Assembly (NCBI GenBank): GCA_050084985.1 | Contig: JBITNC010000001.1 | Span: 163,494,001-163,558,000, forward strand | Source: Nageia nagi | Taxonomy: Eukaryota; Plantae; Pinophyta | Direction of reading: 5' to 3' | Length of the DNA stretch: 64,000 nt | Shown here: piece by piece, positions 35,619 to 49,990 of the stretch | Numbering within the stretch: position 1 is the stretch's first letter | How the letters are laid out: each line of letters begins with the position of its first letter | Made by a program: the position numbers and the translations under genes | The notes under the pieces: generated by a model | Told to the model about the DNA's origin: nothing | Database searches by the model: none | The model's input: the letters and a program-made list of their open reading frames with translations, nothing else

Positions 35619-38600
35619 TGAAGGAAATAATACTAACAAGATAATTCCTAAACAACCATGATCTTTTGAAAGCTTACAAATCTCATTTAACAAACTCACA
35701 AAGATAACATAAGTTGTAAGTGGTTCCTCCAACTAGGAGTACATCCACCAACTAGATCTTTACTTGAATCACAAATAAAATTCTCTTACAATCCTCCTAA
35801 TCTCAACTGCTAAACACTATCCTCTAGCATAACTTTACTCCACAAATTGGTGTGTAATCACAAAGAGGGAGCCTTCTATTTATAGGCCAAAATCCCTCTT
35901 TAGATCACCCTTTTATCCAATATACAAAAGCATGAAATGCACATCCTTTTACCCAAGGGGCATGCTCATGACATGGAGTGTGGAACAAGTTACATTATAA
36001 TATTCATTTACATAGTTAAGGTATCAAATGATACCCTTAAGTATTAATAAACTTACATAGAAGATTATTACATAACCTTTACAATAATGTATTATACATT
36101 CCAACACTCCCCCTTAATGCAATATTGGGATAGAGTGAATAAGAGAGAAGAAAAAGAGAAAGTAAGAGAGTTCTTCTCTAAATAGATACAATGGAGATGA
36201 AAAGGTTTACATATGTGTGAAGTAAGAAAGATCTAGTTTGAGACTCACTACTTTGCCAAATACAATCATTAACCACAACCAATTTCAATGTACATGAAGT
36301 AGTCATTCAACTAGAAGTCATGAAAAGTCTTCAAGAGACTGCATACTTAAGGTAAGTAACTTGTAATCTCAAAGGAACTTGCAAGTCATAAGTAGCTCAA
36401 ATAACAAGATTAGTTAGATGCAACATATTCATCTCAACAAGGATAGATGAATCACACAAATGCCATCATGAACTAATCGATGGTGCACTATAAGTCATCA
36501 CAAAGATACCATGCCAAAAGCTCATAGTCACCTATTGTATATAGAACATGTGTTGATTATCATTACAAAATAGAGCATGCACATATGTGTTCCTCCCATA
36601 TGGATAATTTAATAATGCCAAAAGACACATAAGAGTTACTCACACATGGATAACTAAATAGTGTTAGATTGGCCAATCTTTTTACTTTTAAAAATTTTGT
36701 ATAACAAGTTCCTCATGTAGAGTGAACTTACCATGAATGTGTACAACAAAATCAACACTATATAACACAAAATCTTCTTAGGGGTGAAGTTATCATCACA
36801 AACATGAATTCAACACAAGAATTCAAACTTCACTCCCCCTTGAAGGAAATTTCACTAACCTGATAGCATCCCTAAGCTTATAGAACTAAGCTTTCGAGAG
36901 GGGTTTGGTGAACAAGTCAGTAGAGTTCAAGGTGGATGGATAGTACTCAAGGTGTATGATGCCATCAAGAACCTTTTTCTTGATAAAATGGGCATGGATT
37001 TCCACATGTTTTATTCTCTGATGGAACATAAGATTCTTAGCCAAAGAAATAGCTAATTGATTATCTAAAGAAATCAATGATGAACCACCTTGCTCATACC
37101 CAATTTCTTTCAAAAGATGTCTTAGCTAAATAGCTTCCTAAGCTACAACAAACATGGCTTAGTATTTAGCTTCTATGGTTGAAAGAGAAATAGTAGTTAC
37201 TTCTTAGAAGCCCAAGAGATAGCACCTGAACTAATTCTAAACACATATGCAAAGGATGATTTCCTATCATCTCTATCTCCCCCATAGTTAGAATTTGAGA
37301 ATTCGGAGAAAATAAATGAAGGCAACTTAGAATACTTGAGAGCAAGATCTTTAGTCCTTGCAACCTTAAGATTTGCTTAATAACATTGAGGTGCTCAACA
37401 TATGGTTTCTGCATGAATCATGCCATCATATTCATTACAAAGGCAATATTTGGCCTAGATATAGTCAAGTACAAAAGAATACCAATTAATTGCATGTAAG
37501 TTGTAGCATCAACCAACTAAGAGTTGAAGCTCAGAGAAATAGTGATTCCAAAAGAGATTGGGATTACAACATATCTACACTCCTCTATTCTAAATTTTTG
37601 CAAGATGTCTGATATGTACTTAGATTAACTGAGGTAAGTATAATCCTTGTATTGATACACTTGAATTCCAAGATAGTAGTGTAAGAGACCAAGATCAATC
37701 ATTTCAAATGTTGTCTTAAGTTTGGATATGCACTCTTGAATGATTTCATCATTATTCCTAGTTATTAAAAGATCATCCACATAAAGGAGAATCAAGATCA
37801 CATCTTTTCTTTGATTTAACACATATAGATCAAAGTTAGAAAAACACTTGGAGAAACTAATGTCTGCAAAGTACCTTGAAATCTTCTTGTACCAAGCTCT
37901 AGGCACTTGCTTAAGTCCATATAATGACTTCTTTAATTTGCACACAAAGGACTCTTTGCCTTCCATAATAAACCCTTTTGGTTGATTCATGAAGATTTTC
38001 ACATCCAAGTCACCATTGAGAAATGCACTATTGATGTCAAGTTAAAAAAATTTCCATCCTTGAGCTGTAGAAAGAGTAAATATAATCCTAATAGTAGGCA
38101 TCTTTGCCATGGGAGAAAAGGTTTCCACATAATCTACACCATATTTCTAAGCAAAACCTTTAGCTACTAACCTTACCTTGTATTTATCAGTATCTCTAAC
38201 TAAATTGAACTTGACCTTGTAGATCCACTTACCACTAATCACATTCTTCTTATTGGGATAAAGAACCAAATCCTAAGTTTTATTTTTCATAAACACCTCA
38301 TGCTTCACTTTCATGGCTTCCATCCAGCACTTGTGTTTTGAAGCTTCTTCGAAGGTTGAGGGCTCATGCTTGTTGTCAATCTTGGTAAATAAAGATTTGT
38401 TCAAGATCATGCTCCTTGTTACCCTTTATGTTGGAGAATTTTGCTTTTAAGGTGACTTGTCTACATCAATATCTAACTAGCTAGGTGTAACTAAAGAGTC
38501 CTTTGGATCATCAACATCCTCATTAGAAGTAGATTCATTAGGAAGTTCATTGAACTTTACATCCCTTGAAATGAACACTACTTTATAGGATGGAAGTAGA

Positions 38601-41600
38601 GCCTGTAGCCTCTATATTGATTGTCATAACCCTCAAAGATGCATTTTTTAGCTCTTTTGTCCAACTTCTTTCTTTTCTCAGAAATAACGTAGGAGAAGGC
38701 TTCACAACTAAACACCCTAAGGTAAGAAATGCTAGGTTTTCTTCTTAACCATGCCTTAAAAGGAGTTTTACTTAGAACAAATTTTGTGGAACACCTATCC
38801 AAGGTGTAAATAACAGTGCTCACATCTTCACCTCACAATAAACTAGGAAGATTACCCAACATGCATCTAGCTATCTTCATAATTATTTTATTTTTCCTTT
38901 CAACAACATTGTTTTGCTGAGAAGTGTAAGGAATCATAAATTACCTCTTGATTCCATACTTAGCACAATAGTTATTGAACTTATTATTGTTATATTCTTC
39001 CCCATTATTTGATCTTAACATCTTGATTTTAAAGTTAGTTTGATTCTCAACAAAGACCTTAAAAACCTTAAAACTCTCAAAGGTTTGATTCTTGTGCTCA
39101 AGTAGATACCCAAAGGTCATAAAATCATCAATGAAGGTCAAGATGTAAGATTCTCGTCTAAGTGACTTAGTATGAAATGGACCCATCAAATCTGAATGCA
39201 TAAGTTGAAGAGGTTGAGATGCTCTTGTTACCTTATCATTTTCAAACTTTTATCTATGCATCTTACCAAGAATGCACTTCTCGCATAGACCAACTGAAGA
39301 AGAAATTGAAGGCAAACCTTCCACAACTTCTTGGTTTTTCATGACTTGAATACTCTTATGGTTAAGATGCCTTAAATGATGGTGCCAAAAATTACCTCTA
39401 AAACACACACTATAAGCAAGACACATCTTTGATAGAACTTGATCCATAATGTAGAGGTTATCTTTCATATATCCTTTAACCAAAGTGGGAAGTCCTTTCT
39501 TAATGCACCAGGATGGAGAGTCAAAATCAAAAGAGTACCCTTTTCTAGCAACTTGGATCATGGAGAGAAGGTTAATCCTTATGAACATAGAGAACATTTT
39601 CAAGAACTTTTTCATGAATCAACACGCTCCCAATTGCTTGGACTTCATGGGAAAAGTTATCACCTATCACAATCACATCTTTTTTATACTTGAGAAAGTT
39701 TTCAAAAATTTTCTTTTCAAAGCATAGATAATTAGTGCAACTAGAATCAACAATCCATTCAGATGAAAAAGTGCAAGACATGGAGTAGAGTGTTGTAGTA
39801 AAACTGACATGAATATTCTTCTTTCCTTTGAAGTTCTTTACATTTATATTACCTTTGTTCTTTTCCTCTCTTTTATTTTTGTAGCAATCAACTTTTTTGT
39901 AACCTTGTATGCCATAATAATTACAATTACCATCAAACTTTTCTTTAGGATAAAGATTATTTTCTTTACCTTTTCTATCTCTTTGCTTGAAGTGGTTGTT
40001 GTTGTTGTTGTTGTTCTTGTTGCTATTGTCGCCATTACCTCTTTTCTCAAACCTTTTGGAGGAAGAAGGATAAGATTTCTTTTGATGGTTGAACTTCTTC
40101 TTAAAAGGAGTTTTGATTGATCCAAGAGCAACATTATTATCCTTAGGAGAAGAAATCAACACCTTATTGTTAAGGGTTTTTTCATGCTTCAAAAGGTGCC
40201 TAGAAAGGTTCTCAAGGGAGAAGACTTCTTCATCATCAAGCCTTGTTTCCATAACCGTCACAAAGTTTGCAAACTTTTGAAGAAAGGATTTGAAGAATGA
40301 TGAAGACCATGAACTCATTATTGATCCAATTGCACCCATAAGCAATAAGTTGGGTCCTTAAGTCAATGATATTATTCAAATATATAGCCACATTTTCATC
40401 TTCCCCTTGATAATATTAAAGCAACTTTTGGAGAATGGTAAACCTTCTTGAAAAGTTTGAACCAAGGTAGATTTATTTAAGCTTATCCCAAGCTTCCTTT
40501 ATCAAGGTTAAAGAGGAAATCATTAGGAGCACATCGCATGATAAATCATGGAGGTTTCCAACTCATTCTTCATGTTGTAAGCCTCTAGTGCCTTGTCATC
40601 TATAGGATGTACAAGGTTCTCATTCATAGTTTGCAAAAGCTTCCTTCCCTGTAATTCAAATCTCATATATGGTTCCCAAATTTCAAATTTGTAACCATCG
40701 AGAATGTGTTTGAGTAAAAAGGATTCTTCCATTTACTACATAAGAATGTGAAAAATAATAAGCATGTGGTTCAATAAATAATATTAAATGTTAAGTTTTA
40801 ACCAAGTAAATAATACATATTACATTTAATACTAGACAAATGCTTGATTTGATTCATAAGTGCAAATGTTTTACAACTCAAATAATCCATGTACCCAAAT
40901 ACATTTCTCATCTCAAGAACTATAGATGTAAAGTGACATTGTTGAGGCTTGTTTTCTTGTCTAAAATTAGGCCTTCATTTGGATGCCCACACAAGAGGAT
41001 CCCAAGCACTACCAATCCTCAACTAGTTCACCTTAGTCAGTTTTATACTTTTTCACAAGGAGAAGTACCTACTATTTTCTAGGGTTATGACATTTATTGG
41101 ATTGATCAAATTATTAATCTTGATTAGGTTTCAAGTTGTCCTCCTAGTTTATCAGGATAATTCTTGAATGGACATGCAAACATGTGCTATATTTATGTCC
41201 AAATCAACAAAGGACTTAAAGGTAATTGAGAAGTACAAACTTTTCACCACTTAGATTGTTGAACTTAAAGGCTCCAGTCCACCTATCCTCACCTCATGGC
41301 TCCCTAAATAAGTCATGTTGTGGAATGTACATGTGGATGTGTTCATTTTAGGGGGTTGCTCATATCAATGTTTGTATTTTTATTTGCATAAGAAAATAAA
41401 GCAAAAAACAAAACATGAAGTAAAGAGCATAAATAAAACACCATCCATTTAAAATTTGAAATCTAAATGTCCAATGGGTTTTGTTTACCTACCCCTAAAT
41501 GACATCTTTACAACATTCCTTATTTGCATAAGTTCATTACATTCTTGCATAAGGAAAAAAATAACTTAAGATTTTAAATAATATGCATCATTTCCTTATT

Positions 41601-41950
41601 TTGTATAAGTCATTTTTAGCAAGCAATACTTGAATTTAAACATAAGGAGCATGCATCATTTAACTTAAAAAATTTAAGTTCTAAGCAAACATCATCATCT
41701 TAAAAATTTAAGTACTAAACATGCATTATAAAGCATAAGCATGCATTAAATTAACAAATAAGTTTTAAGCATGCAAAAAATTTAAGTATTAAGTATATAT
41801 TTATTAACTTAACAAATAAGTTTTTTAAAAAAATGCATTATTAGCTTAAAAAATTAAGTACTAAGCATGCAACTTTTAAAGTAAAAAATTAAGTATGCAT
41901 AATAGATAAAAAATTAAGTAAGAAATTTATACAAATTCCCCCCTTTTTAC
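35619..41950 (-). mobile_element. Ty1/copia B (same family as A), 5'-truncated
   Basis: 3' LTR ~35619-36106, PPT 36107-36115, the same 3' spacer as A, and decayed gag-pol from 40732 to ~36835 (WIVDSSCTNY, LRSNNGEEY, LKKSLYGLKQ, LLYVDDL, IKHVEIHAHF). The leader is collinear with A up to ~41950, and no 5' LTR or PBS follows. Confidence 0.93.
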
Positions 41951-41985
41951 TAGATAAAAAATTAAGTAAGAAATTTATACAAATT
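41903..41985. repeat. Exact 35-bp direct repeat at the copia B truncation point
   Basis: tagataaaaaattaagtaagaaatttatacaaatt at 41903-41937 and 41951-41985. Confidence 0.9.
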
Positions 41986-42964
41986 TATAGTTGTAATTCA
42001 TATAATATGCCTTTATCACTCCTAAACTACATGGGGTGGATTATAGAGGAAAGCGGAGACATGCATCCAATAGGATGTTGGAATGAAGAGGGATAAGATA
42101 CATCTTAGGGAGATAATTTTATGAAGATAAATATACATTAAGAGAAAGTATCCATATCAACTCTAGCACAAATAGATGACCCACATGTGTTCAAACATAT
42201 TTAGATAAAATTTATTTCATTAAATATTATTTGCTTAATTAATTGAATGATATGATGTTATATTAATATTTGTTATTATTTTTTTTACGAGAATGATATA
42301 TTAATACATATAGATCATTTAATATTTTTATGGTATGATTAACTATGATGAGTGATAATCATGTAGGATCTGATGTTGTTATGTTGGCAACACTCGATGT
42401 TTTGAATTATGCTTACCATTGCAAGAAAGGTGTGGTGTTGCAATTAATCAAATTATTATATTTTATGAGATCATAGATAATTTTGAATAGAAAATTTGTA
42501 TCTTAAATATTAATCTATTTATGTTTACAATAAAGACAAATTCTATAACATCTAAGGGAAATTGTGCCTCCACCTCCATCATTAGTTAAATATGCATTCA
42601 TTATACTTGTAACACAACGAATCATATAAGAGAGGCAATGATATGATATTGCACAAGTAGAGCTAAGATAATTGATAACTATTGTATCCTAAAGGAGAGT
42701 TATTTTATCTAGTCAATAATATAATTGATCTACAAAATGAACTATAGTAGATTTACAGGTTGATGGACTAACAATGTCCTCCATAAATTAGTTTTCCTAA
42801 AAAAATGTAAGGACATATATCTTAGGTATAACTTTACTATATTGTATTGTAATATATCTAAATTATAAGGTCATATAGATATGTAGGTGTGCATGTATAT
42901 GTGCAAGAACATACATATATGTATACATACATATATAGGCTTATAATGTATGTATGTGTGTGTT

Positions 42965-45900
42965 TGATGATCCCAAATCGATGTATCATACTCAAACATG
43001 ACTTAGGAGAGGGACGTTTATCTTGAAGCTCTAGATTTAGCCAACCTAACTCAAAAATACAAAAATAATCTAATGTCTAGCTAAATTGACAAAAATGCAA
43101 CTATGAACATGTAGAAATAACTCCAGAAATCCAATGTGATAGTTAGGAAGCAAAAATTCAACTACAAAATACCACTTCCAGATCCTATGTCCAAGAAAAG
43201 ATAGTTTGATAGAAAAATGTGGATAGAATAAAGTAATTATATTGAGATAAGAATGGATAATCACAATTACAAAATATTTTTGTAACCTAAGGAGATTACA
43301 CCAAGGTTACCTTAAATAGGGATTTCCTTCAATCACCTAAAGTGCTTAAATGTCGATTCCTCCACAAGTGACAAAGAAAGAGTTCTCACACTTAGTTCGA
43401 TAATAGGGGGTTTAATAACAAATTCAACATATCTTATATAATATACTAGTCCTCATTATATAGGAGAGGTAGTTTGTCTTTTAATATTGCATTGAGATGA
43501 TCTAACGGTGTAGAGGACTAATCCATGTGCTCTAGCTATCAATGTCATGATTGGAGATCCTTGGGATGAACAAAATGACATCCAAGGGCCTAGAAATACA
43601 ACAATAGAGTAATAAGGCCTTTAATACTTCTCCAAAATGGTTATAATATTAATTTACAATAATCAAGGCTAAATATGCAATATGCCATTAATTATAGAGT
43701 AATATTACATTTATAATCATAATGGTATTGGTATCATTAATACAATATTATTTGCATATTAAGGTACTCAACTATACTAAATAAAGGCCCAACATTCCAT
43801 AATCGGATAAATTAACTAAGTCTCTAAGTGGAACTTACAATAATTAGCCAAAAAAATACTAAAATAGATCAAATCACTCCTAAACTATTGTTCCCATTTA
43901 TCAAAGGTGAAATGGGGAAAATACCATAAAAATAAAAATATTATAAGTTTTCCCTTCCCAAATTGCTTATCCCTAAGCAATCCAAAATATCCATAGCTAC
44001 AATAGAGTCTTCTTGATCCTCCTCATCTTCTAATTTATTTTCTGGATCAATGTGCTTCAGCTTCTTCTTCCTGGTAGCTTCCATCCTTTGGAATCTTATG
44101 CCATGCTCTTCTTGGTCTCTCATGACATGTAGTATCACTTCTTGCCCTTAGATTTTAAATCTCATTTCTAGTATTTTGTAGATGGAAACAACTTCTCCAA
44201 GTATAAATAACCATTAGACTCCAAGTACTATGTGTGGAAGTTCTCTAAGGGGAAGGATGTAGAATTCATTAGTGATCACATAGTCCCCTGGTTTAACCTT
44301 GATATTCTCCACCATTTTGTTTTTTGTTGTTATGCTTTTACTCCCAATCGCTACTTCAAATCCTAAGAACTATTGAATCTTGAATCCCTTTTTTTTTAGT
44401 AATTTTTTTTTTCTATGAAGTTATGGGTGACTCCTTCATCAGTGAGCACCATAACTTTTCTATTATCCATGATCCCTTCTACCTTGATATTTTCAAATTT
44501 AGAAGGTCCTTTCAAGGTAACTAGTGCACCTATAATATCTCTAATTTTCACTTCATGTTTAGAATCACCTTTTACCTCATAGAATTTGAGGTACATATTT
44601 TGAGCCTTTCCATTACGTCGATGTACTTTTTCCCAAGGATTACGATACATGTAGCAAAGTTTTTAATTTCTTAGTTCCTTGTATGTCACATAGCCTAATT
44701 TGTTTGTAAGTTTTTAGGTTTGTGGTGGAGGTATTCCTCTCATGGGGTCTTTATTTGTTATCATAGTTGGGATACCTATTGAGGGTATGCTTAGTGATCA
44801 TTCCTCTTAGATAACTAAATCCTTCTAGTAACATGGATTTCCAAATGGTAATTGATAAGGTTGATGATTCCATGACCTCAAATGATGACCTAATAGGCTC
44901 TTGTAAACCATCCATGAATTGACATGTGAGTCTTTTATCCTTTATATTTGCTATGAACACTGCAATTCTTTAGAACTCTTTGATGTATGCATCAACTATG
45001 GATGTGTGTCAAAGCATAACTAGTTCCTTGAAATATTCCTTTATGTGTCTATGCTCAAACCTATCTAATACTCTTCTACTAAATTCCTTAAAGGTTTTGA
45101 CCCTTCCATGGTCTAGTGTAGTAATGTTGTTGTGCCACCACTTATAAGTGATCCCATCAAGATATATTGAATTCATTTTTATTCCTTCCTCTTTTTCCAT
45201 TAGGTAATGGGAAAAATAAGTCTATAACTTTTGCTATCATGCTCTCATAATTATTTTATCACTTTTATCAAATATAGGCAAAGGTATTTAGGTTTCTTAT
45301 CATTCAAAGGTTTCTTAGATTTCCAATTCTTTCATCTATGTGTTTTCCAATATGTGTGAAAGGGTAAAATCTCACTAAAAGAATCAATCTTATCCATGTA
45401 CTCCTATAGTACTTTATGTTTGCTTCCTATTGCTCATTTCCTTGAGTTCATTTGAGGGTGAAGAATGATTCAATGATTTGAAGTGATGGAGTATGTATTT
45501 GTCTAATAGATCCTTCACTTTATATTGGTGTCCCTTGGCTATGTGTTCTCAATTATGCCATCATTTCAATAATAAAGGTGATCAAAGTGGCCAATTTTTA
45601 TTCTGCCATCTCATTTTCTTATTTCTTATTCCTACACTAGTATTGTATGTGGATCTCAAGGGGTATGGAATGAATGTTTCTCATATCTTCGAATGTCCAA
45701 CATGGGATCTCAAGCTGTCTAAATATCTTGTGTTAGCTCCCAATCTTTTTGAATGCCAACATTTGATTTTGGGAAGCTCCTGAATATGTTGAATGCTTGT
45801 ATATTTGTATCTTGTATTTCCTTCAAAATTCATATTTTGAGCAAAATGAAATATGTAATCCCAAAAATAACATCTTATCACTCCTAATTTCAATTTGCTT

Positions 45901-48900
45901 ATCAAATTAAAAATAATAAAAATTTACTATAACTCCTAATTTAAATCAAAATAATTATGAAAAATAAAATATTTTTGAGAATTAGTAGATGAGGAAAGGA
46001 GTGGAGGGATGTCAGAATGGTCAGGTGAGTGATGAAGATATCCAAATCCCCATGGTATAATAAGAAGATATTTGGAGGAGTGCATGGGATGGTCACTCTA
46101 GCCTCTATGTAGAAGGAGGTACCTACGAAAATCCCAATTCAAAATGTGGAAGGTCTATTATAGATGGAAATTGAGTTATTTTGGAAGTACTTCAATATGA
46201 AAGAATCTAATTTTGAGTTGGATTGGATCTCACTGGCATAACCATTGAAAAGATGGTGTGATCAACAATCAAAAAGTAAAAATCAATTCTCATAGTTAGT
46301 TAAGTGGCAACTATGATGATTCTTAGAAGATAGTTTTTCAAACATATGTAATATTGCTGAACATCTATAAAATTTTTATACATACAAGTTTTGATGCCTT
46401 GTCTTTTTGAAAAGCTACTATAACTTTTTACCCTTACTGAAAAAAATAAAACTTTTTTTTTATTTTCCTTAAATATTTTTTCTTGCTTTTTTATTTTTTA
46501 TTTTTCTCTGAAATGTAACCAATAAAATTATTTATCTCTTCCATGTTATTGCTCCTTAAAATAAATAAATCTTCCCTTGAATTTTAAAAATAAAAATTAC
46601 TTAAACCTAGATTTTAATTCCTTCCATGGTGGATGATTCAATTCAAGTGCCAAATTGAATAAGCTTGTGGGTTATGGGAATTAGTTTGTGCTTCCTTCCA
46701 AGCTCAAAATTCATACACAAACCAAAAATGATGCATAATTAACTCTCATTTTCAATAAGTATGCTAATATCCCATATGTATAAGCTCAAATTACCAAAGT
46801 TTTATAGATCCATGGCGAATTTAGCTTCCTTAACACCTAAAGTCTCACTTCTAGTTACCAAATATTAGAAAAATTTGTATAAATGACCTAATTTCTCCTT
46901 CTATGAATCCATAATGTAAATCTTAATACAAAAATACATCAAATTCATCAATTTGACTCTTTATGTGGCTGAACATCCTCTTCCAAAAGACTCCAAACTC
47001 TAATTTTCTTAGAAATTTTGGCTAGAATGACCCAACAACCTTGCATAAGCTCTTAAAATCTAGATTTCATGATGAAAGTTTATTAGTACCTACAATTGGA
47101 TACTACTGTGATGTAGATGGTCCTCAAAATTAGTCTCAAAATGAAAACATCCTCCTTAGTATGGCTTCAAAATGCAAAATTATTCTCAAAAACAACCTCA
47201 AAATACCAACATCTACCTCAAAATGACCAAACAACCTCAAATATAGGCCTCTTAATCCCAACAAACCTCCTCTTATCTCCTTGAAGCCCAAATGCAACCT
47301 AAAAAACATTAAACGTGATACAAAATATCATAATTTTGTAAAAATAACCAATCACCAAGTGATATGATCCTCCTTGAAGCCTTCAAACTCAAAATTATGG
47401 TAAAAATAGGTTCAATGAACTATTGGAAGGGTGAGATATGACCTTAAAACCTCCAACGTTAGACTCCTAGTGTTTAGATCTAGAAAATTCACTACCAAAA
47501 ACTTAATGTTTATATTTTAAGGATATAATGCTTTAGATCTCCTTAATTTTTCAAAACCATGGTGATCTTTGGTTAATAACCACTATGATGGTCTAGATAT
47601 TCCAACAAGACGATAAGATCTCCTCAACAAATTCACCTTTCTTACCTAATAGAAAGGACCAAGATCTTCTCAACAAATGATACCTCTCTGATATCATTAT
47701 GACTAGTGAATTGGTATCTTATTTATCTTAGATTAAAAATTCTTCATGTATGATGCCCTTGATTTTAGCAAGATGGCAGAATCAGAGCTTTAATACCATT
47801 ATGATGATCCCAAATTGATGGATCATTCTCAAACATACCCTAAGAGAGGGATGTTTATCTTGAAGCTTCAAATCTAATCATATTAGCTCAAAAATGCAAA
47901 AACACTCTAATGTATAGCTAAATTGATAAAAATGCAACTACAAACATGCAAAAATAACTCTAGAAACCCAATATGATACTTAGGAAGCAAAACAAGAATT
48001 CAAATACAAAATAAAACTTCCAAATCCAATGTCTAAGAAAAGATATTTTGATAGAAAAATATAGATAGAATAAAGTAATTGTATTGAGATAAGAATCAAT
48101 AACTGTAATTATAATATATTTTTGGAACCTAAGAAGCTTACACCAAGGTTGCCTCCAATAGGGGTTTTTATGGATGGTTCCAAGGCCTCACTAATCACAA
48201 TAGCAACAAGGCCAAGCCCAAGGCTTCCATACTTCTCTATGATGGATTCAATGGATGGAGTAAGCTCAAGGCTAACCTTCGATACCTCAAGAACTCAAAT
48301 GCAAATTACTCCACAAGTGGCAAAGAAAGAATTCTCATACTCAATTCGATAAAAGGGGGTTTAATCATAAATTCAGCATATCTTATGTAATCCAATGGTC
48401 CTCCTTATATAGGAGAGGTATTCCATCTTCTAATATTCTATTGAGATGATCTAATGGTGTAAAGGAGTGATCTATGTGCTCTAACTATCAATGTCATGAT
48501 TAGAGAGCCTTGGGATGAATGAAATCACATCCAAGGGCCTAGGAATACAATGCTAGAGTAATAAGGCCTTTAATATTTCTTGAAATCATTATCATGTGTT
48601 AGGATTCCTATTGGGGGTGACATGGCATCCTAGGTTGTCTAGATTCCCAATATGCAGTCTTGGAGTCCACACAAGCCCAACATCTAAGGAAGAGAGCTCT
48701 TTAATGCCTTATGATGCCAAATCCCTCTTTGGATGTGCCATGTCCAAGCATAGAAGTAATTATGATTCCTCATAGTATATGTAATAAAAAAGAGGGGTGA
48801 TTTACCTATAAAAGGGGAGCATTAATGATAATAGTACCAAATAATGCAAATTTACAATCATCAAGGCTAAATATGCAACATCTCATTAATTGGAGAGTAA

Positions 48901-49142
48901 TATTATATTTATAATCATAATGGCCTTGGTATCATTAATGCAACAGTATTAGCATATTAAGGAACTTAACTATACTAAATAATAGCCCAACATTCGATAA
49001 TTAGAGAAATTAACTAAGTCTCTAAGTGTAACTTACAATAATTGGCCAAAAACTACTAAAATAGACCAAATCACTCCTAAACTAATATTCCCATTTATCA
49101 AAGGTGAAATGGGGAAAACACCATAAAAATAGGGATATTACA
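42965..49142 (-). mobile_element. Non-autonomous Ty3/gypsy C (gag + protease only, TR-GAG-like)
   Basis: LTRs 42965-43945 and 47802-49142 (the latter ~360 bp longer). Met-type PBS gctttaatacca at 47787-98 and PPT at ~43950-43960. Gag (IYLDGITYKWW...FMDGLQEPIR) and protease (VMVLTDEGVTHNFIE) run to the PPT with no RT, RNase H or integrase. The TSD is degenerate (gtgtt/atttt). Confidence 0.9.
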
Positions 49143-49279
49143 ATTTTTGTGCATGTGTAAGGGGGAAATTTAAATGCATAACATGCAAACCCTCAATGAA
49201 GTAAAAGGATTAATGAGTTTGGAGGGATGGGTTTCGTAAACATTTGGATTCAAAGTCTATCCAAAGATGGCATTGCAGA

Positions 49280-49990
49280 GCTAGTAAGATGGATCGTGGA
49301 ACATAAATTTGGAATGAGGAAGAAGGATCATACTTAAAGCATCATGGGGTGTTGAAGGGAATGGAGATTCCAAACTTAAATTTATACCTTATTTAGTTCT
49401 TTAAATAAGTAGCAAGGTGTTCTTTTGGAATAGATAAATATAGAGCTAGTATGATGGACCATGGAGCTTAGATTTGAAATGAGGAAGAAAATCATCTTTC
49501 AAACAACATGAGTTATTGAATGGCATGGATATGTTGGGCTTAAACAAATATCCTCTTTAAGTTTTTAGTTCTATAACAAAGTAATGTGTTGTATCAAATG
49601 GTTACAGTTATATTTGGTACTATAGAATATTTGTTGAAAGTTGATATTGGACAACTAGCAAGATAAATGATGGAGCACATGTACATATTTGGAATGAGCA
49701 AGAAGAATCATATTTAAAATAATATGGGATTCTATAGGGCTTGAAAATATTATGCTCAAATGAGGATATTATTCAGTGTTTTGGATATATAACAAAATGA
49801 TATATCGAGCTAGATGGTTGTAGATTTAGTATGATGGACCATGAAGGAACTTAAATTTGGAATGAGGAAGAGACTCATCTTACAAACAACATAGGGTGTT
49901 TGAGGGCATAGTTTAAATGAATATTCTCTTAAATATTTTGGATTTGTAATAAAAATGACTTGTAGTATTAGATGGTTGTATATATATTTG
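49280..49990. repeat. Degenerate tandem array, four units of ~165-215 bp
   Basis: Core atttggaatgaggaagaa..atcat recurs at ~49308, ~49471, ~49688 and ~49856. Confidence 0.8.
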
